This document shows, in pieces, positions 20,267 to 29,521 of a stretch of 64,000 bases of DNA. How positions within the stretch are numbered: position 1 is the stretch's first letter; the number at the start of each line of letters is the position of its first letter. The notes beneath the pieces were generated by a model. It searched no databases, was not told the DNA's origin, and was given only the letters and a program-made list of their open reading frames with translations. The position numbers and the translations under genes were made by a program. Location of the stretch: assembly GCA_963846575.1 (NCBI GenBank), contig CAWJWJ010000002.1, positions 2,496,001-2,560,000 of the forward strand, given 5' to 3'. Source of the DNA: an uncultured Nitrospiraceae bacterium (GTDB lineage Bacteria > Nitrospirota > Nitrospiria > Nitrospirales > Nitrospiraceae).

Positions 20267-20818
20267 GTGGCACTGATTCAACAAGACCTCGTTCCCGGTA
20301 GCGGGGATCAGCTCCTGACCCTGGATACCGACAGCAACCTTCAGTGGTTGAACCTCACCGTGACCGCTGGTCGCTCCTACAATGAAGTGATGGGAGGGTT
20401 CGGCGGATTTACCACGACACATGGCTTTCAATATGCTGACGGCGCCCAAATCGGAGAACTATGCGCTCATGCGGGCATTACTAAGGGCCTGACGGAACCG
20501 GCCTTTACGCCTTCCCCCAACGACGCCAAGAATCACTACGGCACGGAGGCGCTCCAGAATTTCATGAACGGCAAAACTCTCATCGGATCTGTAGTCCACA
20601 GCCGCGGAATCATGAAACCACCAGCGCCTCCATCCAACGTGTCGTCGTCGATTCTGGGCACCCTCCACACGTTTCTCAATCTCCTGGATATCAGCGCGTC
20701 CCACACGGAAAGCGAAGGCCCGACGGCCGATCCCCAGGTAGGCAATCCCGAGATTGGCTCTTATCTGGTGAGAGTCCGACCGGCACCTGTCAGTGGGAAG
20801 AAGCCAGCGGCCAAGTAA
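20267..20818 (+). CDS. Hypothetical protein resembling the mature domain of PEP-CTERM/VPLPA-CTERM proteins
   Basis: GTG start after AAAAGGAGG; LTLDTDSNLQWLNLTVTAGRSYNEV...GFQYA...IGSYLVR. Confidence 0.65.
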   Translation: MALIQQDLVPGSGDQLLTLDTDSNLQWLNLTVTAGRSYNEVMGGFGGFTTTHGFQYADGAQIGELCAHAGITKGLTEPAFTPSPNDAKNHYGTEALQNFMNGKTLIGSVVHSRGIMKPPAPPSNVSSSILGTLHTFLNLLDISASHTESEGPTADPQVGNPEIGSYLVRVRPAPVSGKKPAAK

Positions 20819-20879
20819 TGTAAACAGAGATTCCCGGCTTCGCACACGCAAGTCAGGTATACCGCAATAGATCTGAGCG

Positions 20880-20914
20880 GCGGACGTCGGTGGCATGTGA
20901 CTACCGATGTCCGT
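20880..20914. terminator. Long hairpin between convergent genes
   Basis: GCGGACGTCGGTGG-CATGTGA-CTACCGATGTCCGT, a 14-bp stem with G-U pairs; no clear U-tract. Confidence 0.4.
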
Positions 20915-20961
20915 TCGTTCCGTCGGTCCGTCGTCGAGTAGCCTTGCGCTCAAGTCCGAGT

Positions 20962-22509
20962 TCAGACCAGACCACAGGTCTCCCGTGCACGAACGAGGTT
21001 GGCCCGATGCCGACGCAGGGCGGGACCGAATGAAGACCGGCTGACTGCAGCCTCATGCTTCCGCATGTGGCGTTCGACATGGTCCATCGTTTCCGCCAAT
21101 TGGTCTACTAATCTGTTACCCGCGCTCGTGAGCCATTTCAACTGACGGCCGGCGTACTCCAGATCCAGAAGGGAATAACGAACCGAGTCAATTTCTTCCA
21201 GACAACGAAATCGTGCACGTAGGAGGTCACGCGGTGTCAATCCTGTTTCCTTCCACTTCCGCCTCCCGGCCGTGGTTTCAGCCCACGCGGATAGCCGGCC
21301 GAACAGCACCGCTCCCATTGTAAACGTGAACGTGGCATGGAGAATGCCTCTCAACGGCCGCAAGGTCCGGCGCCAGGGCGAGTAGAAAATCTCCTGATTT
21401 TGATCGTTCTTGTAGAGCACGTTTTTTCGCAGCAGCAGGTTGAGGTGATGGTGGCTATTCTCATGAATGAGATCATCGATCAAATCGAGTCGGTCGCGGT
21501 CGAAACAGTTGATTACGGACAATCCGGGACGATGCCGGAAGCTGAAACTCACGACACCGGAGGCTTTCAGCGGAGCGATCCGCGAGGTGAACAAGGCCAG
21601 GAGTCGATTCCCTTCCGGCCAGGCCGACTCAATGACTGCCAACGCCCCCTGCATGCGCGTCGCCATCTCTGGCCTCGTCGGCCGCACCGCCACCGGAGAC
21701 CGGTCTTTGCCATACACCAACGTCGGCCCCAGCGAGAGCACACCGTGGTCGGTATCGCGCAACCAGCGAGGCTCGACGCGGCGCCAATGCCAGCGTTCCT
21801 CACCACCATAGTCAACGATGGGATACGACTGCTTGCCGACGAGCAAGTCGATGCCTGAGGCCCTGATCACAAACTTTGCCTGCCCTGCTGTGCGCGTGAG
21901 CGCTTGTCGCACCACGCGAGGCGCTTCATACCAGACGCCGGCCGTGCCGATCATACAGACCCCGGAGAGTTCGACCCGCTCCATATTCGCGTTCAGATCA
22001 GCGGGCACCAGCCAACTCTTCTGTCGTTTCTTCGCCATCCACTCGCTAGCCAGCCGAGGTGCTAGGCAGACAGACTCCTGCACCACTTCCTGCGTCAATC
22101 GCTGGCAGAGTGAAGTGAGGCGCGATTGCAGCCGACGGGGTTCAGGCGTCCCGTCTGGAAATATCTCATCCGCATACCCGTGTTCATAGAACTTCTCTCT
22201 GAACTCCACCCGTAGCTGATCGGCAAGATCCCGGCAAGATCGCTCCTGCCTGACCTGGCCCAAGATGTCGACAAAATAGAGCAGGTCATTCAACGCCTCA
22301 ATCCATCCCACCAACTTCCAGTTGCTGAACTCTGCCGGAGACAAAGCGCGTTCGATCTCCCGAAACCACTCGACCGGTAATCGAAGGGACTGAGCAGGCT
22401 CCGCATAATTCCGTTCGAAATCGCAGCACAGGTCCTTCAACAAACGACGCATCGAACGACCAAACTCCGCCATGAGCCGGTCAAGATATCGAATATCCAG
22501 CAATGTCAT
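20962..22509 (-). CDS. HEXXH-motif protein (aKG-HExxH-type non-heme iron enzyme)
   Basis: DDLIHENSHHHL, then YSPWRRTLRPLRGILHA (PWRxxxRP plus third His); start ATG 22509. Confidence 0.8.
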   Translation of the reverse strand: MTLLDIRYLDRLMAEFGRSMRRLLKDLCCDFERNYAEPAQSLRLPVEWFREIERALSPAEFSNWKLVGWIEALNDLLYFVDILGQVRQERSCRDLADQLRVEFREKFYEHGYADEIFPDGTPEPRRLQSRLTSLCQRLTQEVVQESVCLAPRLASEWMAKKRQKSWLVPADLNANMERVELSGVCMIGTAGVWYEAPRVVRQALTRTAGQAKFVIRASGIDLLVGKQSYPIVDYGGEERWHWRRVEPRWLRDTDHGVLSLGPTLVYGKDRSPVAVRPTRPEMATRMQGALAVIESAWPEGNRLLALFTSRIAPLKASGVVSFSFRHRPGLSVINCFDRDRLDLIDDLIHENSHHHLNLLLRKNVLYKNDQNQEIFYSPWRRTLRPLRGILHATFTFTMGAVLFGRLSAWAETTAGRRKWKETGLTPRDLLRARFRCLEEIDSVRYSLLDLEYAGRQLKWLTSAGNRLVDQLAETMDHVERHMRKHEAAVSRSSFGPALRRHRANLVRARETCGLV

Positions 22510-22781
22510 GCCTGCACACCCTTTCTGGTCCAAGCCGTCTGTGCGGGCGCACTCTACGCGACTGTTCGAGCCCCTGACAAGGCAAAGCCGGGCAAGCAGG
22601 AAGTGCAAGACCGTCAGTTCAGTGCAACAGCAACGCATCCAGCCTATGGCTGAGACAACATCGGCGCTGTGGGATATCTATGTTGTTGAGGGAAAACCTG
22701 GATGGGAGTGATGGGCGGATCCTAGTAGGGCAAGGCGGGAGCCGCGTCGCTATCTCCAGTGGGGCTCCGAAAAAGCCCCAC

Positions 22782-23009
22782 TCATGCCGTCAACTTAATG
22801 AGATCATACAGGAATGGTTTCTCCGGCGAACATTCCGCGACCGGGCGGAGATGGGAATTTCGCACCATCCGGTTACGCTGGATCAGCGGGTCGACCACAT
22901 TCCCGCAACTCAGACAGCGAAAGCCCTCCAGTCGCATGGGGTGGAAACTTTCCTGGAGATCCAGCAAATCATCCGAAACCATCAACCCTTCACATCGTGT
23001 GCACGTCAT
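22782..23009 (-). CDS. 75-aa Zn-ribbon protein (CxxC...CxxC)
   Basis: MTCTRCEGLM...FRCLSCGNVVD; GGGAGG RBS; hairpin immediately after the stop. Confidence 0.8.
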   Translation of the reverse strand: MTCTRCEGLMVSDDLLDLQESFHPMRLEGFRCLSCGNVVDPLIQRNRMVRNSHLRPVAECSPEKPFLYDLIKLTA

Positions 23010-23098
23010 GAATCGCCTCCCTCGGACAACTGGTCGGGTATGGCCCAAATCTCCGTTCTCATCTGTGGACAACTCCGCGGCCATTCGGGGATAAATGA

Positions 23099-23114
23099 AG
23101 CAATGTGGATGCCA
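23099..23114 (-). promoter_or_regulatory. sigma54 (RpoN) -24/-12 promoter
   Basis: Minus strand TGGCAT-CCACA-TTGCT, with exact GG-N10-GC spacing. Confidence 0.75.
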
Positions 23115-23332
23115 GCCCGATTCCCACTCAATTCTCGGACAGTCCGGACAGGTCGTGCGAAAGAAAATCCCTGCTTCTCGCCACCAATTGATCAGCGCTG
23201 ACTCAATTGGTCTCATCAGACAGAATTGGGTAGAATCGGGTACCCTTATTGAACAGAGCCCTGTCCCTGTAATCAGCAAGGTCACATCGGTCCTCGACTT
23301 GGTTCTCAACGCCACACAGAGAGTCTCCGGAA

Positions 23333-24769
23333 ATGGCGCTCACTGCGACAGAAATTGGTTCCATTGTTCAGGAACTGGCTCCGGCTCTCACTGGGGGCTG
23401 GATTCAAAAGATCACCCAACCACTCCCTGAGGTCCTGTTGTTGGAGGTTCGCGTCCCTGGACAGACTCATCGAGTCCTCTGTTCGGTGCATGAGGAGACC
23501 GCACGGATACACCTCGTTCGTCAGGGCCTCCCTAATCCCCCCACGCCGCCCTCTTTCTGTCAATTGCTGCGAGCCCGCGTACAAGGGGCCCGGATCGACG
23601 CTCTCCGTCGCATTGCACAGGACCGGATCATCCGTATTGATCTCACGAGCCGGGATGGTCCTGCCTCCTTAATCGCGGAACTATTCGGCCGGAAGGCAGA
23701 CGTGCTGTTCCTTGACGGAGAGGAGCGTGTACTCGCCACGCTTCGACACAGCAGAGAACGGAGCGGTAAGCCCTATGAAGCCCCGGCGCAGTCACGGTCC
23801 CTTCCCCAAGGAAGGATCGAACCGAGGCACTCATCGGACGCCGAGCCTTTTCCTCTTTCTCTCAAACTGGATGCGATGTATCGTGCACGCGAGGCGGACC
23901 TGACCCTCCTCGCGCAACGTCGGGCACGCGAATCCGCTCTGCGAAAAACTCTCAAGAAGCATGTTCGCCGCATGGCGGGACTGCGCCGTGACCTCGATCA
24001 GGCGGCGAAATACGAACCCTATGCGCGCTATGGTGAATTGCTCAAAGCCAATCTCGGATTGTTGAAAAGAGGGCTCGTCAACGTGGACGTGGTAGATTAT
24101 TACGACGAGCGGCTCCCTGAGTTGACGATTCCCCTCGACCCGACCAAGTCCCCCCAGGCCAACATGGATGCGTACTTCGGTAAGTATCGAAAATTTGTGT
24201 CCGCCCAACGGGAAATCGCACCCCGCCTGGCGGCCATTGAGGCCGAGATCCAGCAGGTTCAGGCCGAGTTAACGGCCATTCAGAATGGAACCTGGCAGCC
24301 GTCGACCGCCGATGAAGATCGTGCGCCGCGATCCTCCTTGGTGATCACTCGCCGACAAGCATCCGTCCAGGAACGGCGCGGGCCCTTTAGGCGGTTCATC
24401 TCATCCGACGGCCATCTCATTTTCGTGGGACGGAATGCCCGCGAAAACGACGCACTGACCTTTAGTCACGCCAAGAGCGAGGACCTCTGGCTGCATGCCC
24501 ATGGCAGTCCCGGTTCTCATGTCGTGGTCCGCCTGGAGAAGGGAGCCGACCCGCCCCCGGAAACGCTAAAAGATGCCGCCACGTTAGCCCTTCTTTATAG
24601 CGATCTGAAAAAGAGCGGGAAGGGGGAGGTGATCTACACCCGACGGAAGTGGGTCCGGAAAGCCAAGGGTCAGGCTCCCGGGGCTGTCACAGTCACCCAG
24701 GAAAAAGCCTTGTACGTGACACTCGACCCGCGGCGCCTCAGCGCCATGAAGGAACGCTCTCAGCCCTGA
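23333..24769 (+). CDS. rqcH: NFACT-family protein (RqcH/FbpA, ribosome quality control)
   Basis: N-terminal IQKITQP; DRIIRID; coiled coil; VGRNARENDALT...DLWLHAHGSPGSHV...KAKGQAPGAV. Confidence 0.85.
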   Translation: MALTATEIGSIVQELAPALTGGWIQKITQPLPEVLLLEVRVPGQTHRVLCSVHEETARIHLVRQGLPNPPTPPSFCQLLRARVQGARIDALRRIAQDRIIRIDLTSRDGPASLIAELFGRKADVLFLDGEERVLATLRHSRERSGKPYEAPAQSRSLPQGRIEPRHSSDAEPFPLSLKLDAMYRAREADLTLLAQRRARESALRKTLKKHVRRMAGLRRDLDQAAKYEPYARYGELLKANLGLLKRGLVNVDVVDYYDERLPELTIPLDPTKSPQANMDAYFGKYRKFVSAQREIAPRLAAIEAEIQQVQAELTAIQNGTWQPSTADEDRAPRSSLVITRRQASVQERRGPFRRFISSDGHLIFVGRNARENDALTFSHAKSEDLWLHAHGSPGSHVVVRLEKGADPPPETLKDAATLALLYSDLKKSGKGEVIYTRRKWVRKAKGQAPGAVTVTQEKALYVTLDPRRLSAMKERSQP

Positions 24770-25084
24770 ACACCGTGGATCTTAGGAACGGGTCAGCAGC
24801 GAACCTGTCCTGCCCGCATAACCATTCCTCCCCGCTCGATCAGGCATTGCAGTACGCGCCACCCGTACACACGACTTCGTCCTACATTCTCGCCCGATGC
24901 TTAAGCCGACGCGCCTACCGAGGACCGTCGCGGCACCACCTGGACTTCTTTCAACTTGAATTTTTTACCCGGATCGGGCTATCTGGCGTGACGCGAACCC
25001 ATGGTTCCATGGCTCGCGGCGAACCAGGCGCCCGTGACGCTGCCTTCGTTTTTCTCCACTTCATGTACTTAAGAAGGAGTTTCC

Positions 25085-25978
25085 ATGCCAGATGGTGTCC
25101 GCGCCCCGCAGAGGGCTCACCCAATCACTCGGATTGTCCTCATGACACTGGGAATGATCTCACTAGTCGGTCATCCGGTTGCGGCTCATCCTGACACACA
25201 GGCGCCTCACTCCCAGCCACTCGACCCTCTGGCGTTGGAGGAAGAGCACCTTGTATCACCCACCGATAAAATTACCAAACCGGTCGACACCGATGCCGAA
25301 GCCATGCGCCACAACGACCTCGGTGTGGCCTTTGTCTTTAAGGGAGATCTCGGCCAGGCCATTGACGAATTCACCCATGCGCTTCGACTTCAAACGAATT
25401 ATTTCGCCGCGCATCTCAACCTGGCCAATACGTTACTGGATATCGGGAAACATGACGAGGCGATTGCAGAATACCAGGCCGCCCTGCGGCTTAAACCCGA
25501 TGACCTGAAGGCCCACAACGATCTGGGGGTGGCCCTGAAGGAAATGGGGGATCTTGCGGGAGCCATGGCCGAGTTTAAAACGGTGTTGCGGCGGCGTCCC
25601 AGCGATGTCAACGCGCATAACAACCTCGGTGTGGTTCTAAAGGGTATGGGCGATCTTGACGGCGCTCTCGCAGAATATCGCACGGCGGCCGATCTTCAGC
25701 CACACGACATCAACGCACACTTCAACCTGGGTCTGGCCTTGATGGAGAAGCAGAACCCGGAGGCTGCCATTAACGAGTTCCGCACCGCGCTCCATCTGCG
25801 GCCCGACGATGCAAAAATCCGCTTTAACCTCGGACAGGCCTTGGCACTCACAGGTCAGCGGATGGAAGCGGCCCAGGAGTTGCGCCAGTACCTCCGGCTG
25901 GAACTCGATACCCCCGCGAACCGGCGGTGGATCGAGCAGGCCGAGGCGAAACTTCGAGATCTCGAGATGCCTCAGTGA
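25085..25978 (+). CDS. Exported tetratricopeptide-repeat protein
   Basis: Signal-like N-terminus; about six 34-aa AHxNLG repeats; AAGGAG RBS. Confidence 0.85.
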   Translation: MPDGVRAPQRAHPITRIVLMTLGMISLVGHPVAAHPDTQAPHSQPLDPLALEEEHLVSPTDKITKPVDTDAEAMRHNDLGVAFVFKGDLGQAIDEFTHALRLQTNYFAAHLNLANTLLDIGKHDEAIAEYQAALRLKPDDLKAHNDLGVALKEMGDLAGAMAEFKTVLRRRPSDVNAHNNLGVVLKGMGDLDGALAEYRTAADLQPHDINAHFNLGLALMEKQNPEAAINEFRTALHLRPDDAKIRFNLGQALALTGQRMEAAQELRQYLRLELDTPANRRWIEQAEAKLRDLEMPQ

Positions 25979-26126
25979 TTCGCATGCGCCACATCCATCG
26001 GACCCAGACTGGACGTCTCCGTAGGCCCGGAACCGCGTTCGGCACAATTTCCTCGTCACACCCTCGCCGACGGCGTTCCGCTTACGATACAGTCCTCCCC
26101 GGCTGTCACTAGATGGGACCTCCGCC

Positions 26127-26837
26127 ATGACTATCGTTAAGCCTCGGCCTCTGTCGCACCTACTCATTTCTCTTGGATGCATGATGCTGGCCGCCATTGG
26201 GATTCCGGTTCCAGGGCTCGTCGGACCTGTTGCTGCCGAACCAGAGCCAACGCAGACGCAACAATGGAACTTTGATACTGTCGCTCCCGGTTCATTGCCG
26301 AGTTCGTTAGTCGTCGGCACCTTGTTCGACGGGAGGCCGGCCGGCGAATGGAAAGTCATGATGACCGACCGGGCGAAAAGCGGAGGACAAGTGCTCGCGC
26401 AAGTGTTGCCGAAAGGTTCAGACCATGCCTACAAGCTTCTCTTGGTGGAAGGCACCGACAGCGGTAATCTCGATATAAGTGTATTCTACTTAGCCGTAGC
26501 CGGAAAGGCAGACCTCGGCGGGGGACTGGTTTGGCATGCGACGGATGATCGCAATTACTACCTCCTGCGTGCCAGCCTTGTTGAACAACAGGTGCGCCTC
26601 TATCGAGTCGTGAAAGGCGTGCAGCATGTTGTGAAGCAGATCAATTATGCACTGTCAGCCAGCGGTTGGCACCAGTTACGGATCATCCAGGAAGGGTGTC
26701 AGATCAGAGCGGTGTACGACCATGCCACGCTGTTTCGTGTTTGCGATAGCGCCCTCTCCGGCGGCCGAGTCGGACTCTGGACGAAAGCCGACGCCGTCAC
26801 TTATTTTGACGACCTCGAACTCCAGGTTCTCAAATAA
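26127..26837 (+). CDS. Exported concanavalin-A/LamG-like (DUF1080-type) protein
   Basis: Signal peptide; GGGLVWHATDDRNYY, GWHQLRI, GGRVGLWTKADAVTYFDDL. Confidence 0.75.
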   Translation: MTIVKPRPLSHLLISLGCMMLAAIGIPVPGLVGPVAAEPEPTQTQQWNFDTVAPGSLPSSLVVGTLFDGRPAGEWKVMMTDRAKSGGQVLAQVLPKGSDHAYKLLLVEGTDSGNLDISVFYLAVAGKADLGGGLVWHATDDRNYYLLRASLVEQQVRLYRVVKGVQHVVKQINYALSASGWHQLRIIQEGCQIRAVYDHATLFRVCDSALSGGRVGLWTKADAVTYFDDLELQVLK

Positions 26838-26895
26838 CCTTTTTAATGAGGGTTGCCCCCTCGGCAATCCTTGCAAACCTTTTCGCGGCGGGCAC

Positions 26896-26938
26896 AAACA
26901 AAACGGGGCAGACATCCGAGCGGATGACTGCCCCGTTT
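26896..26938 (-). terminator. Intrinsic terminator after the RRM gene
   Basis: AAACGGGGCAG...CTGCCCCGTTT stem with T-rich tail on minus strand. Confidence 0.75.
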
Positions 26939-26957
26939 CCTCATTTACAGAGAGTGG

Positions 26958-27284
26958 CTACCAACGATCGCGCTTGGCCCCACGATCGCCAAATCCTCCG
27001 CCCCCGCTCCGGCCCGGTCCGCCACCGGATCGCGGCTCTTGCGGACGCGCTTCATTGACGGTTAAGGTTCGTCCGCCCATGTCCGTTCCGTTCAGAGCGG
27101 CAATCGCTTTCTGTGCTTCGTCCGAGGAGGTCATTTCGACGAATCCGAAGCCTCTCGATTGCCCGGTAAACTTGTCCGTGATGATGCGGGCTGACTCAAC
27201 CGCCCCATGTACCGCGAACAGGTCACTTAACTGCTGCTCGGTCGCCGAATAGGGCAACCCGCCAACATAAATTTTGGAACCCAT
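26958..27284 (-). CDS. RRM RNA-binding protein with Gly-rich tail
   Basis: KIYVGGL (RNP2), RGFGFVEM (RNP1), TVNEARP; GAGGAGG RBS. Confidence 0.95.
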   Translation of the reverse strand: MGSKIYVGGLPYSATEQQLSDLFAVHGAVESARIITDKFTGQSRGFGFVEMTSSDEAQKAIAALNGTDMGGRTLTVNEARPQEPRSGGGPGRSGGGGFGDRGAKRDRW

Positions 27285-27473
27285 GTGGGTCCTCCTCTTG
27301 GGTAATGACATTGTCTCGCGAAGGAAAGAAAGGGAAAGAACGGGCCAAAGACGCGACATAACGGGGCGGCTTGGGTCTGGCTTTCAATTAGATTCCCGGC
27401 CAAGGCAACATCGGTAGCAGGCCTGAACCATTTCAACGCATCTCTCACCAGGCCCCAATGGGAGACGGGGCGG

Positions 27474-27503
27474 ATCCTATCACGCGTCCACGCGCCCATA
27501 CAA
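27474..27503 (-). promoter_or_regulatory. Putative sigma70 promoter of the RRM gene
   Basis: TTGTAT-N18-TAGGAT with TG extension. Confidence 0.45.
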
Positions 27504-27542
27504 GCCAGGAATTAACTCAGGGTAGAGGGATCGGAATGGGGG

Positions 27543-28244
27543 CTAGCGGCTTCTGGATGGCCCATGCTCGGTCATAAACCAGCCGGCAATCGACAGGCGC
27601 TTGTGCTGGCCCGCCATTTGGTCCACGCGACAAACCCGGTGATACCGCGGCACCGTAAACATGACCAGCGACCCTGGCCTGGGGGGGATGCAATGAGTGA
27701 GGGCTAGGTCCGGGGTGCCATCGTGACGAGTGCCCACTGCCGAATAGACCATCAGTTCCCCTGCCCAATCACTTTCCCATCTCTCATGGAAATAGGTGAC
27801 GAGTGCGAGCCGCCGAAGCGGGAGCGGCTTTCCACCGGTCTGATGGCCCTGGTCTGTATCATCATGCGTAGGCAGGCAGTCACCGGCACCATAGGAATAG
27901 TAATTGAACCCCAAATGGCGACGCGTGATGTCTGGAAACGACTCGATGTACTCTTCGATGCAGGGTAACTGTAACCGGCTGAGCAGCAACTGCCCCTGCG
28001 GCTGAGCGATCTCGGCCTTCGCCCAGTTGCCGGAATTCGGAAAGTCCTGCCGCACAGAGGACAGGTTCTGCAGCTGATTCCAGTTGACCCGCTGCATGGC
28101 CTCCCGGAAATGACCGCGTTCGTCGGCAGACCAAAAATTCTCAATCACGAGGACGGGAGTTTCATGGAATGAAAAGCCGTCGAGATCTTCCGACGCTTGT
28201 GCTGCGCGAACTTGCCCTGAGGTAATTTTCATGTTCCCGCCCAT
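27543..28244 (-). CDS. 2OG-Fe(II) oxygenase (prolyl-hydroxylase-like)
   Basis: HDD (HxD); WAGEL; YHRV; RLSIAGWF (RxS). Confidence 0.85.
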   Translation of the reverse strand: MGGNMKITSGQVRAAQASEDLDGFSFHETPVLVIENFWSADERGHFREAMQRVNWNQLQNLSSVRQDFPNSGNWAKAEIAQPQGQLLLSRLQLPCIEEYIESFPDITRRHLGFNYYSYGAGDCLPTHDDTDQGHQTGGKPLPLRRLALVTYFHERWESDWAGELMVYSAVGTRHDGTPDLALTHCIPPRPGSLVMFTVPRYHRVCRVDQMAGQHKRLSIAGWFMTEHGPSRSR

Positions 28245-28266
28245 CCCGATCGCCTACCGCACCCGG

Positions 28267-29058
28267 TTACTCGCCAACCCGCACCAGTGAGCCTCGATCC
28301 TTGCACACATTGAAGGTTCTATGGAACCACAATATAACTGCGATGAGATAAAACCCGTTCAATCCTGTGGCCAAGCCGAGACTGGCCAACGGTGGTGCGT
28401 GGTTCGTAAGGAGCCCCCGCATCCCTTCAAACACATGCGCAGCCGGGTTGATCCAGGCCACCCCTTGTAACCAGGGCGGCAACACGTCCATGGGATAAAA
28501 CACGCACGAGATCGGCTGAAACAGGAACACCATGCTCCAAGCCAGCACCTCCGCCTCCTGCCCGAAACGCATGATCAGCGAGGTGGTCAGCACGCCGATG
28601 ATCCATCCAGTCAGCACCAGATTAACTATGAACGGCAGGAGCCACAGGCCGATCATGAACACATTGTACCCATAGAAAACCCAGGCGCAGACGGACATCA
28701 CGACCGACACGGCCGCGACTTTGAGGAGGCTCATGACCATGGTGGCGGCTAAAAATTCGCTCGGGGTAAGCGGGCTGGCAAAGAGATTCATGAGGTTGCG
28801 CGCCCAAATTTCCTCCAGAAACGAAATGGCGATGCCCTGTTGCGACCGGAACAAGACGTCCCACAGAATCAGCGCGCCGAGGAGAAATGTCACGATGGCC
28901 GGCATCTGTCCCTGAAAAGTCGCCAGGTAGACGGTGATGAATCCCCACACCACCAAATCCAGAAACGGCCAATAGACGATTTCCATCATCCGCGGCAGGC
29001 TGCGTCGATACAGATACAGATGTCGGATCACCAATGCTGCGATGCGATGGTACGCCAT
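28267..29058 (-). CDS. ABC-2 type transporter permease
   Basis: About 6 TM; FLEEIWARNLMNLFASP; VFYPMDVLPPWLQ..INP. Confidence 0.9.
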   Translation of the reverse strand: MAYHRIAALVIRHLYLYRRSLPRMMEIVYWPFLDLVVWGFITVYLATFQGQMPAIVTFLLGALILWDVLFRSQQGIAISFLEEIWARNLMNLFASPLTPSEFLAATMVMSLLKVAAVSVVMSVCAWVFYGYNVFMIGLWLLPFIVNLVLTGWIIGVLTTSLIMRFGQEAEVLAWSMVFLFQPISCVFYPMDVLPPWLQGVAWINPAAHVFEGMRGLLTNHAPPLASLGLATGLNGFYLIAVILWFHRTFNVCKDRGSLVRVGE

Positions 29059-29064
29059 GGTCTG

Positions 29065-29475
29065 CTAGGGCTTCTCCTCGCAGGGCTTCTCATGACAATG
29101 CCCGCATCCCGCCTGCTCTATTCCGAGAAGTTGATGTAACATCGCGCGGCTGCCTTCGAAAAAGGCCGGACCGATCCGGCGCCCGTCCTCCAGGCGAAAG
29201 GCGCTGGCCACCAGCAGTGAGAGCGGCACCCCGAGCACCCCGGCGTAGAGGGCGGGACTGGTTAGTCTGGAGGGATCAACCGCCCATACCACGCCGGCAA
29301 TCGAGAGGGCGGCAATCGCACTACTGCTCATGCTACTGAGCAGAATCACGCTGCCGCAGGTCCGCCGCGCCCAGCCGATGCCACCGACCACCAGCCACAA
29401 CAAACCCCACAGCAGCATGAGGCTGAACCCACCGATGAGCAGACCCGCGCCGACCGACCATCCCGCATCTACCAT
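29065..29475 (-). CDS. Small 3-TM membrane protein with C-terminal CGHCH
   Basis: Start reset to ATG 29475 because the track ORF overlaps the ATPase; ends AGCGHCHEKPCEEKP. Confidence 0.65.
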   Translation of the reverse strand: MVDAGWSVGAGLLIGGFSLMLLWGLLWLVVGGIGWARRTCGSVILLSSMSSSAIAALSIAGVVWAVDPSRLTSPALYAGVLGVPLSLLVASAFRLEDGRRIGPAFFEGSRAMLHQLLGIEQAGCGHCHEKPCEEKP

Positions 29476-29521
29476 AACTGCTTGTACTCCCTTTCCGCTT
29501 CGATCGGACCTTCCACGACTG

